A DNA stretch of 64,000 nucleotides. It comes from an uncultured virus (IMG/VR IMGVR_UViG_3300046385_000116) (taxonomy: Duplodnaviria > Heunggongvirae > Uroviricota > Caudoviricetes). The stretch lies in the IMG/VR virus record IMGVR_UViG_3300046385_000116. The stretch is one strand, 5' to 3'. Below, in pieces: positions 30,600 through 40,234 of the stretch. The position numbers were made by a program, and so were the translations under genes. Each line of letters opens with the position of its first letter. Within the stretch, counting starts at the first letter, position 1. The notes under the pieces were generated by a model. That model was not told the origin of the DNA. It was given only the letters and a program-made list of their open reading frames with translations, and did no database searches.

Positions 30600-32363
30600 T
30601 TGATGCACGACATTGACTTGGAATTAAAACTGATGCTTGAAGGCCGTATGAAAGAGGCTCGAGCAATTTCAGACAAACTTGAAAAATTGGGACCAGAAGG
30701 AATACCAGATCCCGAAGGTAATATTGGTAATCCTGAAATGTGGACCAGACATTGTTTTAATCGTGGTTGGTTCATGATACAAGATGGTGATTATCAAAAA
30801 GGTTGCCGTCTTTTAGAATCAGGCCGTTTCATTAATGTCTATGGTTCTCCTCCTTTAAAAACTTCCGCCCCAATTTTTAATCCCGAAGAACATGATATTA
30901 AGGGTAAATCAATTATTATTTCCCTTGAAGGTGGTTTTGGTGATGAGATTATTCACGCCCGATTCTGTCAATCTTATAAGGACATGGGTGCGGCCAAAGT
31001 TTATCTAGCTGCCAGTCCAGAAGTAGTATCCATTTTTGAACGAATTCCTGGTTGCGATGGAGTAATCCTACGCAATCAAATGCACACAGTTCAACATGAT
31101 TTTTGGGTACCAGGATTCTCAGCCGGTTGGGTTGCAGGTCACACATTCAAAAACTTTCCAAATAAACCTTACCTATTCGCCAAACCTGATTCAGTTAATG
31201 TTTGGAAAGAAGTTATCAAAGGTGATAAAGTCAAAGTTGGTATTCGTTGGGCAGGTAATCCAAAATTTGAACACCAACAATTCCGTAGATTCCCACCTAA
31301 GTTTTTAACAGAACTTTCTAAGTATGAAAATGTCCAGTTGTATTCATTACAGCGTGACCAAAATATTATTACTTTACCAGAAGATGTTATTGATTTACAA
31401 CATCTATTAATTTCATGGGAAGATACATTAGCTGCCATTGAGAATTTAGATATTGTTATCACATCATGTACGAGTGTGGCTCATGCGGCTGCAGCTCTAG
31501 GTAAAGAAACATGGGTGATTGTACCAATTCTACCATATCATACATGGACATTTGGTGCACCTCATTCTAAGAAATCTCCATATTATGAATGTGTCAACCT
31601 TTATCGTCAAGATGAAGCCAAATCATGGAACTCAACATTTCAAAGATTATACAAAGACTTCGAGAAGAAGTTTAATCTAGAGAAAGTAGAACATCCAAAC
31701 CACGATAAAGAAGGTAAAAAACTTAATCTTGGCTGTGGATTCATGAAACTTGAAGGCTACTTGAATGTGGATGGTTCTGATATTTGTGAACCAGATATGA
31801 AAGTGGACTTGAATCAATTACCATGGCCATTTGAAGATGATGAGTTCCAACATATTGTTGCCAAAGATGTATTAGAACATTTAGGTAATGATAAAGTTTC
31901 TCTTGTAGATATCATCAAAGAAATGCATCGTGTATCAGAGAATGGTGCCGTATGGGAAGTTGCCGTACCACATCATCGTTGTGACCATGCCTATGATGAC
32001 CCAACACACCGCAATGTTATCACACCAAGAACATTCCAGTTGTTCAATCAAAAAGAATTGATGGATGGTTATGCAATTGGTCGTTCAGAAACTCCATTGG
32101 CATTTGAAACTGGTGTTGACTTAGATGTATGCGAAACTAAGTTTGAATATGTTGGTCAGATTAAACAAGCTATCATGAATAAACAAATGACAGAAGAACA
32201 ATTGACGATGTTGTTGAACACACAAAACAATATTGCCGAATCTACTGTGATGTTAATTCAAACACATAAACCAGGTAGATATTCAATTAAAGAATTGCAA
32301 GACACAATTAAAACTACCAATGAAAGAAAAAATGAACTGATTCGTAAACAATTAGAAAAGTAA
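30600..32363 (+). CDS. GT9-like (heptosyltransferase-type GT-B) glycosyltransferase fused to a SAM methyltransferase
   Basis: EGGFGDEI..ARF, VGIRWAGNP, LDIVITSCTSVAHAAAALG; C-terminal LNLGCG...DVLEHL...DDPTH. Start is 30600 (TTG) or 30603 (ATG). Confidence 0.82.
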   Translation: MMHDIDLELKLMLEGRMKEARAISDKLEKLGPEGIPDPEGNIGNPEMWTRHCFNRGWFMIQDGDYQKGCRLLESGRFINVYGSPPLKTSAPIFNPEEHDIKGKSIIISLEGGFGDEIIHARFCQSYKDMGAAKVYLAASPEVVSIFERIPGCDGVILRNQMHTVQHDFWVPGFSAGWVAGHTFKNFPNKPYLFAKPDSVNVWKEVIKGDKVKVGIRWAGNPKFEHQQFRRFPPKFLTELSKYENVQLYSLQRDQNIITLPEDVIDLQHLLISWEDTLAAIENLDIVITSCTSVAHAAAALGKETWVIVPILPYHTWTFGAPHSKKSPYYECVNLYRQDEAKSWNSTFQRLYKDFEKKFNLEKVEHPNHDKEGKKLNLGCGFMKLEGYLNVDGSDICEPDMKVDLNQLPWPFEDDEFQHIVAKDVLEHLGNDKVSLVDIIKEMHRVSENGAVWEVAVPHHRCDHAYDDPTHRNVITPRTFQLFNQKELMDGYAIGRSETPLAFETGVDLDVCETKFEYVGQIKQAIMNKQMTEEQLTMLLNTQNNIAESTVMLIQTHKPGRYSIKELQDTIKTTNERKNELIRKQLEK

Positions 32364-32366
32364 ATT

Positions 32367-33788
32367 ATGGAATTTTTGATAGCGTTACAAACGCATAATT
32401 TGTCCAACAATCAGGATGATTACCAACCTTATGAAGGTTTTGAGTTTAAGAGATACGGGTGCAATGATAAGACGGAAGTAATCAAGCGTTGCACTCGGTC
32501 AATGATTAAGGCCATCAATTACGCACAAGATAAATTACCTCATTGGAAATTTAAACTGAATTTATTTGATGACCGCTCAACCGATTTTGGTTTACAGGTC
32601 ATCAAAGACAACTTGGCATTGGCCAACTTTCCCACCAAACTATATCATAATGAAACACCTGGTTTATTGCCATCATTAAGATATTGTTATGAGAATATGC
32701 GTGATGAGGGTAAAGATATTGTCATGCAGGCTCAAGATGATTATCTATATGATGAACAGTGTTTTTATCAGGTGATATTATTTTGGGAAAGATATCAGCC
32801 AAAGTTTCCTAAACCACTATCAATTTTACCTTATAATGACCCATACAGATATTGGGACCACAATGTAGTTCCAGTTCGCATAGTTCAAGGTCCAGACAGA
32901 CATTGGCGACAAACCTATCAGGTGCCTTGTACATTTATGACAACTCACCAGGTGGTTGTGGATGAGTGGGATTTATTTGATAAGATTTGTAATGGGCATC
33001 CTCATGACCCTAAGCTGGAAGATAATTCGGTTAATCGTTTATGGCAAGAAAGAGATTATGTGGTCATGGCACCGTTACCCTCTTTGTCTTTACATTTCCA
33101 AACTGAAAATGAAAAAGACCCATACATTGATTGGCAATCTTGGTGGGACAAACACGGTGATGATACTGTCAATAAAGAAAGAGAAGAACACAAAGACTTG
33201 TTCGATACAGATAAAAAAATTGTATTGAATGTGGGTTGTGGTAAAACAAAACTAGAATATCAGTCTGGTTATTTTAAAGATTGGAAAGAAGTTCGTATTG
33301 ATGCCTTTGAAAATGATTCAGCTCATCTGATTACTTCTATTGTAGATTTAAATAAAGTTCCTAATGAATCAGTAGATGCTATTTGGGCATCTCATGTTGT
33401 TGAACACAATTACTGGCATGATTTACCAAAAGTATTTAACAATATGCTTCGTGTAATGAAAGAAGATGGATTTGGTGTCATTCGTGTACCAGATTTAGGT
33501 TCTATTGCTGAAAAAATAGAAGAAGGTCTTTTAGATACTGTCTATGAGAGTTCAGCTGGTCCCGTATCTGTTATAGATATGATATATGGCCATAGAGGTT
33601 TTGTTGAATCTTGGGGTGATGGTATGTGTCACAAGACAGGATTTACCAAGAAATCTATGGAACAATTATTGAGCGCCTTTCAAATAAAAGGCTTTGTTAA
33701 ATCTGATGGTGGTGAAGTTGTTGCCATTATCTTTAAAGGTGAACCACCGATGGATGCGATGGTGGATCCAGAATTGATTATATCATGA
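32367..33788 (+). CDS. GT-A glycosyltransferase-like domain fused to a SAM methyltransferase
   Basis: FDDRS ... AQDDYLY; C-terminal VLNVGCG ... ASHVVEH ... IRVPDL ... HKTGFT. Confidence 0.78.
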   Translation: MEFLIALQTHNLSNNQDDYQPYEGFEFKRYGCNDKTEVIKRCTRSMIKAINYAQDKLPHWKFKLNLFDDRSTDFGLQVIKDNLALANFPTKLYHNETPGLLPSLRYCYENMRDEGKDIVMQAQDDYLYDEQCFYQVILFWERYQPKFPKPLSILPYNDPYRYWDHNVVPVRIVQGPDRHWRQTYQVPCTFMTTHQVVVDEWDLFDKICNGHPHDPKLEDNSVNRLWQERDYVVMAPLPSLSLHFQTENEKDPYIDWQSWWDKHGDDTVNKEREEHKDLFDTDKKIVLNVGCGKTKLEYQSGYFKDWKEVRIDAFENDSAHLITSIVDLNKVPNESVDAIWASHVVEHNYWHDLPKVFNNMLRVMKEDGFGVIRVPDLGSIAEKIEEGLLDTVYESSAGPVSVIDMIYGHRGFVESWGDGMCHKTGFTKKSMEQLLSAFQIKGFVKSDGGEVVAIIFKGEPPMDAMVDPELIIS

Positions 33789-35137
33789 AATTAGATGTTA
33801 TATTGAGAACTTGTCAAAAGTCCCAATTTGATAATAAAATGGGCAACAAAGATACCGCATATGTTCGTATCTGTGGTTCTGACCGTGAACAGATGGTCTA
33901 TCGTTGTGTTATGTCATTAATCAATTCAATTAATAGAGCTAATTACAATATTAAATTTACCATATTGGATGATAATTCCGATGAATTGTTTATTGATAAG
34001 TTGAATATATTATTGAAGCGTTGTAATAAAGAAACAGAATTGGTTCGTTTAGAAAAAACAGGACCAAACAATTCGGCATATGAACAATTCTATCGTGCAT
34101 CTCAATGTGAAGATTTGGTGTATTCAGTAGAAGATGATTTTCTACATGAGCCAGATGCCATCACATACATGATTAATGCCTATCAATATTTCAATAGTAA
34201 ATACCAAGAAGATACCGTTATATTCCCATTTGACTGCCCATTCAGATATGAAGAAGGTCGTCAAGATACCACACAACTATACCATGATGGTTTAAGATAT
34301 TGGCGCCATGTTCGATATACAACCAATACATTTCTAACAACAGGTTCACAACTGCGTAGAGATTTTGATACCTATAAAGATTTGGCTTTAAATTATCCTA
34401 ATGTACTAGAAGATGATACGATTAATAAACTGTATCATAACTTAGACACAGGTGAAGGACAAGTTAGAGTTTTCAGTCCTATACCATCATGTGCATATCA
34501 TCTATCATATCAAGAACCATTTTCTATTCATACACCACAATTACAATGGCAACATCTGTGGGATTCAAATCACTATCTACAACTGTTTGAAGGTTGGTTT
34601 AATTATGACCCATTCTTTAATATGATTGTAAATAATTTACCTGATAATGCCAAAGTTATTGAGGTTGGTAGTTGGTTGGGTAAATCAACTATAGGTATGG
34701 TCAACACATCTAAACGATTTGGTAAGAACTTTGATTTCTATGCCATCGATACATGGGAAGGCAGTGAAGAACCAAAACACTATGAAACGATTGCTGAATT
34801 AAAAGAACACAATCATACACCATATGACGAGTTTATGGCTAATTTAGAATTGTATGGTGTCAAAGGTTCAATCGTACCCATACAAAAGACCAGTGAAGAA
34901 GCCAGTAACGATTTTCATGATGAATATGCTGAACTAATTATTATTGATGCGGCTCATGATTATGATAATGTTACCAATGATATCAAACATTGGTTACCTA
35001 AAGTTAAAAAAGGTGGCATATTGTGTGGTGATGATTATGATGAAAAGTGGCCAGAGGTTATGGCAGCCGTCAAGGATTATTTTGGAGAAGGTAACTATCA
35101 AGTTTATGGTAGTACATGGTATAAGGTCATTCAATGA
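33785..35137 (+). CDS. GT-A glycosyltransferase-like domain fused to a class I SAM methyltransferase (Methyltransf_24-like)
   Basis: LDDNS ... YSVEDDFLH; C-terminal IEVGSWLGKS ... IDAAHDY ... GGILCGDDY. Confidence 0.8.
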   Translation: MKLDVILRTCQKSQFDNKMGNKDTAYVRICGSDREQMVYRCVMSLINSINRANYNIKFTILDDNSDELFIDKLNILLKRCNKETELVRLEKTGPNNSAYEQFYRASQCEDLVYSVEDDFLHEPDAITYMINAYQYFNSKYQEDTVIFPFDCPFRYEEGRQDTTQLYHDGLRYWRHVRYTTNTFLTTGSQLRRDFDTYKDLALNYPNVLEDDTINKLYHNLDTGEGQVRVFSPIPSCAYHLSYQEPFSIHTPQLQWQHLWDSNHYLQLFEGWFNYDPFFNMIVNNLPDNAKVIEVGSWLGKSTIGMVNTSKRFGKNFDFYAIDTWEGSEEPKHYETIAELKEHNHTPYDEFMANLELYGVKGSIVPIQKTSEEASNDFHDEYAELIIIDAAHDYDNVTNDIKHWLPKVKKGGILCGDDYDEKWPEVMAAVKDYFGEGNYQVYGSTWYKVIQ

Positions 35138-35907
35138 AATTAGAAATTATATTACGAACACACGACCAGTCAAATGTTCACACAGATAGGCAAAGATATT
35201 GTGGTTTTGATAAGAAAACCTTGATACTTGGATGTTTGACATCACTGATTAAGTCATCAAATTTAGTATTCAATCATGAAGTCAATTTTAAAATATTGGA
35301 TGACCATAGTTCACCAGAATTTATAGAACAGGTACACAATGTATTTAATGGTTGTAAATGGCCATATGAGTTATATAACCTATCACAAACAGGATATAAC
35401 TATTCAGCATTAAAACAATTTGAATATTGTCGAGATTCGGAAGCAGATTTGGTGTATTCTGTTGAAGATGATTACCTGCATTGTCCGTCAGCCTTGGCGG
35501 AAATGTTAGAATCTTATGAGTTATTCAAAGCTAAATCTGGCCAAGAAGTTGTTATGTACCCATTTGATATGCCAGACGATTATGTTCCACCACATATGCA
35601 ACCTTGTTTTGTGGTTCACGGTTCACATAGACATTGGAAAACAGGCATCTGGACTACCAACACTTTCATGTTAAGACCTCAAGTATTAATTGACCACTGG
35701 CCAGTATTTGAGAAGTTGGCCACCCAATATGACCCTGATTATAGTCGACCAGGTGAACACATTCATGAAGGTAATACTATCTGTAATATATGGAAAGACC
35801 ATGCTTTAAGGTTTAGTCCTGTACAAAGTCTAGCTTTACATATGCAGTTTGACACACAAATGGATCCATATATCAATTGGGAACAGTGGTGGAAAGACTA
35901 TACATAA
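35134..35907 (+). CDS. GT-A glycosyltransferase-like protein
   Basis: LDDHS ... YSVEDDYLH; paralogous to the N-terminal domains of the two preceding ORFs. Confidence 0.78.
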   Translation: MKLEIILRTHDQSNVHTDRQRYCGFDKKTLILGCLTSLIKSSNLVFNHEVNFKILDDHSSPEFIEQVHNVFNGCKWPYELYNLSQTGYNYSALKQFEYCRDSEADLVYSVEDDYLHCPSALAEMLESYELFKAKSGQEVVMYPFDMPDDYVPPHMQPCFVVHGSHRHWKTGIWTTNTFMLRPQVLIDHWPVFEKLATQYDPDYSRPGEHIHEGNTICNIWKDHALRFSPVQSLALHMQFDTQMDPYINWEQWWKDYT

Positions 35908-35912
35908 GAAAG

Positions 35913-35920
35913 CATAAATA
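35913..35920 (+). promoter_or_regulatory. late promoter variant upstream of gp13
   Basis: CATAAATA in the intergenic gap. Confidence 0.7.
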
Positions 35921-35947
35921 GGTGATTAAATCTATGGGTAAAAAAAT

Positions 35948-36904
35948 ATGGCCAAACCAACAACAAGAGCTCAATTCAAAGACTATTGCTTACGCAAACT
36001 AGGTCACCCCGTAATTCAAATCAATTTAGACGATGACCAGATTGATGACAGAATAGACGAAGCACTCCAATTCTTCCACGATTACCACTTTGATGGTTGT
36101 GAGAAGATTTACATGAAACACCAATTCACGCAAGCTGATATTGACCGCAGATGGATTTATTGTCCAGATGCAGTTATGTTCGTAACTGGTGTTCTTCCTT
36201 TTGATGATTCCAATTCATCAGTCAATATGTTTGACTTGAGATATCAATTAAGACTACACGACCTCTATGACTTTACATCAGTTTCTTATGTGTCATATGA
36301 AGTTACCATGCAACATATTCGAACATTGAACCTATTGTTCTCTGGTACTCCTCAATTTAGATTCAACCGTAAACAGAATAAAGTGTTCCTCGATATCGAT
36401 TGGGAAAGAGATGCAACTGTTGGTGAATATGTTATCGTTGAGTGTTACCGTAAATTAGACCCGTCAAATATTACTCTAACTGGTACAATAACAGGCAATA
36501 CAACATCAAATACAATCACTGGTTATAGTACAACGTTTGACCAAGAATTGATTGAAAATGATTTTATTCTTTTAGGTGACGGACAAGAAGTTCAAATTAG
36601 AAAGATTAATTCTCCAACTGAAATCATATTGTCGGCTCCGTTAACAACAAATGTAGCAAACACATCAATTACCAAACAAGGCATTACTGATGTTTGGGAT
36701 GACCGTATGTTGAAAAAGTATGCCACTGCTCTGTTGAAAAAACAATGGGGTGAAAATCTTAAAAAATTTAGTGGTATTCAAATGCCAGGTGGTGTAACAT
36801 TAAACGGTAAAGAAATTTGGGACGAAGCAGTAGAAGAAATAAAAGAAATTGAAGAAGATATGTTTAACTTCAATAGTTTGCCTAGTGAAATCTTTACTGG
36901 ATAA
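35948..36904 (+). CDS. gp13: neck protein gp13
   Basis: YCLRKLGHPVIQINLDDDQIDDRIDEAL...FDG; KKQWGENLKKF.G.QMPGGVTLNG; synteny. Confidence 0.93.
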   Translation: MAKPTTRAQFKDYCLRKLGHPVIQINLDDDQIDDRIDEALQFFHDYHFDGCEKIYMKHQFTQADIDRRWIYCPDAVMFVTGVLPFDDSNSSVNMFDLRYQLRLHDLYDFTSVSYVSYEVTMQHIRTLNLLFSGTPQFRFNRKQNKVFLDIDWERDATVGEYVIVECYRKLDPSNITLTGTITGNTTSNTITGYSTTFDQELIENDFILLGDGQEVQIRKINSPTEIILSAPLTTNVANTSITKQGITDVWDDRMLKKYATALLKKQWGENLKKFSGIQMPGGVTLNGKEIWDEAVEEIKEIEEDMFNFNSLPSEIFTG

Positions 36905-36906
36905 TA

Positions 36907-37485
36907 ATGAAACTATATAGAATTTATAAATGCACAAATTCAATTAATGGTAAAACTTATATAGGTTTCACCAATAAAGAATTGAATAAGAGGATTACAG
37001 AACATAAATGTGCAGCTAAAAATGGTAGTGAATATCTGATACATAAATCAATAAGAAAATATGGTTTAGAATCATTTGTATGGGAATGTTTATACGAATC
37101 TACAGATAAAGAATATGTGTTGACGTTTATGGAAAAATATTTTATACATGAATACAATTCTTATTATGAGAATGGTTTTGGTTATAATATGACTTTTGGT
37201 GGTCAAGGAGGTATGTTAGGTAAAAAACATACAGACAAAACAAAACAAAAATTAAAAGAAGCAAGAGCAAAAAGAACTGTGGAACCTATGTTAGGTAAAA
37301 AACATAGTAATTCTTCTAAAGAAAAAATGAGTTTAACTAGACTTAATAATCCCGATAAAGTATCTCAAGCAAAAAAAGCAGGTCAAATTTCAGCTGAAAA
37401 ACGTAAAAATGATCCAGAATATAGATTGAAACTTTCACAAAAAATAAAAGAATGTTGGGCATTAAGAAAGGCAATGGGTAACTAA
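36907..37485 (+). mobile_element. free-standing GIY-YIG (seg-like) homing endonuclease with NUMOD3 repeats
   Basis: RIYKCTNSINGKTYIGFT ... R..EH ... GYNMT.GG; two GKKH(T/S) NUMOD3 motifs. Confidence 0.9.
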
Positions 37486-37486
37486 A

Positions 37487-38389
37487 ATTTCCACAAATTT
37501 TTATTTCAATAATTTTCCAACAAATCAAATAACACCAGAGCAACTTCTGGTGGAAGATTTGGTTATTGAAGCCATGCAAATTCATGGCATGGATGTTTTC
37601 TATCTAGCTAGAACAAGTCGTGATGTTGTTGATGGTCTCTATGGTGAGGATCCTTTAAAAGAATACCGTTATGCCTACGCTATCGAAATGTATATGGAAA
37701 ATGTTACAGGTATGGATGGTGAAGGAGATTTCATTTCTAAATTTGGATTAGAAATTAGAGATGAAGTTACCATGCTTGTTTCTCGTAGAAGATTTGCTTC
37801 AACGGCAACAATACCAAGACCTAGAGAAGGTGACTTAGTTTATATTCCTTTGGTTCAAAACTTTTTTGAAATTACTTTTGTTGAACATGAGAATGACCAA
37901 GCAATGTTTCATACATTAGGCCGTGGTCGTGGTGGTAATGTTTATCTGTATGCATTAAAAATGAAACAATATGTATTCTCAGAAGAAATTATCAATACTG
38001 GAATACCAGAAATAGATACTCAAGTATTAGAACATTACAAGAGAACTAGAATTGCCGTTGCGAACAATTACTCTGGTGGCACTGGAGTTTTTGTACCAGG
38101 CGAAATAATTTACCAAGGCACTTCAGTTGCAAACTCTACAGCTAGGGCTGTTGTTTATAGTTACGAAGCAAATTCTGCTGTCAATATTATACAGATGGTT
38201 GGTGAATTTACAAATGGTGTTTATATGAAAGGTAACACTTCGAGTGCAAACCGCATATGTCTATCTGTTAACACCGACACACAAGTTAATGAATCAGTAT
38301 TTGAAGATGATGCAGACAACTTTATCATCGAACAAGAAGCTGATGGTATTATCGACTTCACAGAATCCAACCCATTTGGTGAACCATAA
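37487..38389 (+). CDS. gp14: neck protein gp14 (probable ATT start at 37487; ORF track start 37550)
   Basis: EDLVIEAMQIHG.DV.YL.R; FISKFGLEIRDE; PREGDLVY. The frame extends upstream to ATT-TCC-ACA-AAT-TTT-TAT-TTC. Confidence 0.9.
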   Translation: MSTNFYFNNFPTNQITPEQLLVEDLVIEAMQIHGMDVFYLARTSRDVVDGLYGEDPLKEYRYAYAIEMYMENVTGMDGEGDFISKFGLEIRDEVTMLVSRRRFASTATIPRPREGDLVYIPLVQNFFEITFVEHENDQAMFHTLGRGRGGNVYLYALKMKQYVFSEEIINTGIPEIDTQVLEHYKRTRIAVANNYSGGTGVFVPGEIIYQGTSVANSTARAVVYSYEANSAVNIIQMVGEFTNGVYMKGNTSSANRICLSVNTDTQVNESVFEDDADNFIIEQEADGIIDFTESNPFGEP

Positions 38390-39390
38390 TGTTAGGTAAT
38401 AATCATTTTTACAATCGTACAATTAGAAAAATTGTAGTTGCCTTTGGTACACTATTCAATGACTTAACATTGATTCGTTACAATAAAGCAGGTACTGTTG
38501 AATACGAAAGAACTAGAGTTCCTTTGACTTATGCAGCCAAAGAGAAATTCATGGTTCGTTTGGCTAATGACCCCGATTTAATTAAATCTATTGCAACTGC
38601 ATTACCAAGAATGTCTTTTGAAATGACAGGATTGGAATATGATGTGTCTCGCAAACAACAATCACTTGTTAAGAATTTTGGATATAACAACACAACAGGT
38701 AAAATCAATTCTCAATATGCACCTATTCCATATAACTTTAATTTTACATTATCACTATATGTAAGAAATCAAGAAGATGGTACACAAATATTGGAACAAA
38801 TATTGCCATTCTTTACACCAGATTTTACAGTAACAGTAGATTTAATTCCTAGTATGGACCAAAAGTATGACATGCCTATCATACTAAATTCAGTATCACC
38901 TGAAATTGATTATGAAGGTGACATGTTAACAACCAGAACTATTATTTGGACATTAGACTTTACAGTTAAAGGATATATTTTTCCACCGGTTAATACATCA
39001 GGTAAAATAATTAAACAAGCCAATACAAATATTCTTATTGATTCACAGTCACGCCAAGCACAACAAGTTTATGTTGATTATGCAAACGGAATTGGTGTAT
39101 TCACAACAGGTGAAACTGTTAGAGTTGCCAAAAGAGGGGTTACTGGTTTCGTAACATACTTTGCCAATAATTCTACAGGCACTTTGGTCGTTGAAGAATT
39201 GAATGATTTATTAAAAGAAGATGATATACTTGTAGGTGATTATTCAAATGCAATATATACCATAGATACGGTGGATTTAAATCCATTAAAAACTGTACAA
39301 GTTATTGTTACACCGAATCCATCAACTGCCAATGGTGATGGAGATTATGGATACACAACAACTATTGATGAATGGCCTGATACATTATAA
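38389..39390 (+). CDS. gp15: tail sheath stabilizer/terminator gp15
   Basis: HFYNRTIRKIVVAFGTLFN, LPRMSFE, QILEQILPFF. Confidence 0.93.
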   Translation: MLGNNHFYNRTIRKIVVAFGTLFNDLTLIRYNKAGTVEYERTRVPLTYAAKEKFMVRLANDPDLIKSIATALPRMSFEMTGLEYDVSRKQQSLVKNFGYNNTTGKINSQYAPIPYNFNFTLSLYVRNQEDGTQILEQILPFFTPDFTVTVDLIPSMDQKYDMPIILNSVSPEIDYEGDMLTTRTIIWTLDFTVKGYIFPPVNTSGKIIKQANTNILIDSQSRQAQQVYVDYANGIGVFTTGETVRVAKRGVTGFVTYFANNSTGTLVVEELNDLLKEDDILVGDYSNAIYTIDTVDLNPLKTVQVIVTPNPSTANGDGDYGYTTTIDEWPDTL

Positions 39391-39794
39391 TGAAGAAACT
39401 TAATGATAATCTCTCTGAGATTTTTGATGTGGAACCAATGGAATTAATAGAAGCACCAAAAACACAAATAGTTCCTGTAGATGAAACCAATTCTACGGTA
39501 ACTAATGATTTTGAAGAAGCAAGAAAGAATACCAAATCTCTAATACAGAAGGCTGACACCGCTTTGGATAATCTATTGATGGTTGCCAACCAATCAGAAC
39601 ATCCGAGAGCATATGAAGTTGCAGCCAACCTAATTAAAACATTAGGAGATTTAAATAAAGATTTATTGGAGTTACAAAAACGCAAAATGGATTTAACTGG
39701 TGAGAAAAAAGATGCCGGTAAAACTGTTATAGATAAAGCCGTTTTTGTTGGCAACACTTCAGAACTATTAAAAATGATTAAGGAAAAAAAGTAA
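39390..39794 (+). CDS. gp16: terminase small subunit gp16
   Basis: DFEEAR ... SEHPRAYEVA ... FVGNTSELLK. Confidence 0.92.
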   Translation: MKKLNDNLSEIFDVEPMELIEAPKTQIVPVDETNSTVTNDFEEARKNTKSLIQKADTALDNLLMVANQSEHPRAYEVAANLIKTLGDLNKDLLELQKRKMDLTGEKKDAGKTVIDKAVFVGNTSELLKMIKEKK

Positions 39795-40229
39795 ATGGAA
39801 CAACTTATTCAACAACTAAAAGTAATCCTTGGTACAAATTTTGGATTATATTTCAAAGCTCATTCATTCCACTGGAATGTTGAAGGTTCAGATTTTTCAC
39901 AATATCATGGTTTCTTAGGTGATTTCTATGAATCTGTATTTGGTAATGTTGATACAATTGCAGAAAAGATTCGCATGTTAGGTTCTTATACACCAACAAC
40001 ATTACCTAGAATATTAGAATTATCTGACATTGAAGATACTGAAACTATTCCATCAGCACTTGCTATGTTGAATCAATTGAAACAGGATAATGACCGTTTC
40101 ATTATTCATCTTCGTGCAGGTATTGTTGCGGCTGAACAAGCTAATGAACCAGCAATTGGTAATTTCTTACAAGACGTATTAGACCAACATCAGAAACACG
40201 CATGGATGCTTCGTAGTTTTACTAAGTAA
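39795..40229 (+). CDS. dps: Dps-family ferritin-like protein
   Basis: HSFHWNVEG..F...H ... DTIAEKIRMLG ... KHAWMLRS ferroxidase signature. Confidence 0.9.
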   Translation: MEQLIQQLKVILGTNFGLYFKAHSFHWNVEGSDFSQYHGFLGDFYESVFGNVDTIAEKIRMLGSYTPTTLPRILELSDIEDTETIPSALAMLNQLKQDNDRFIIHLRAGIVAAEQANEPAIGNFLQDVLDQHQKHAWMLRSFTK

Positions 40230-40234
40230 TTATA

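Noticed and set aside
36907..37485. Group I intron around the GIY-YIG (or HNH) endonuclease
   Set aside because: The ORFs fill the gaps between intact genes with essentially no flanking non-coding sequence for a ribozyme core, so they are free-standing.
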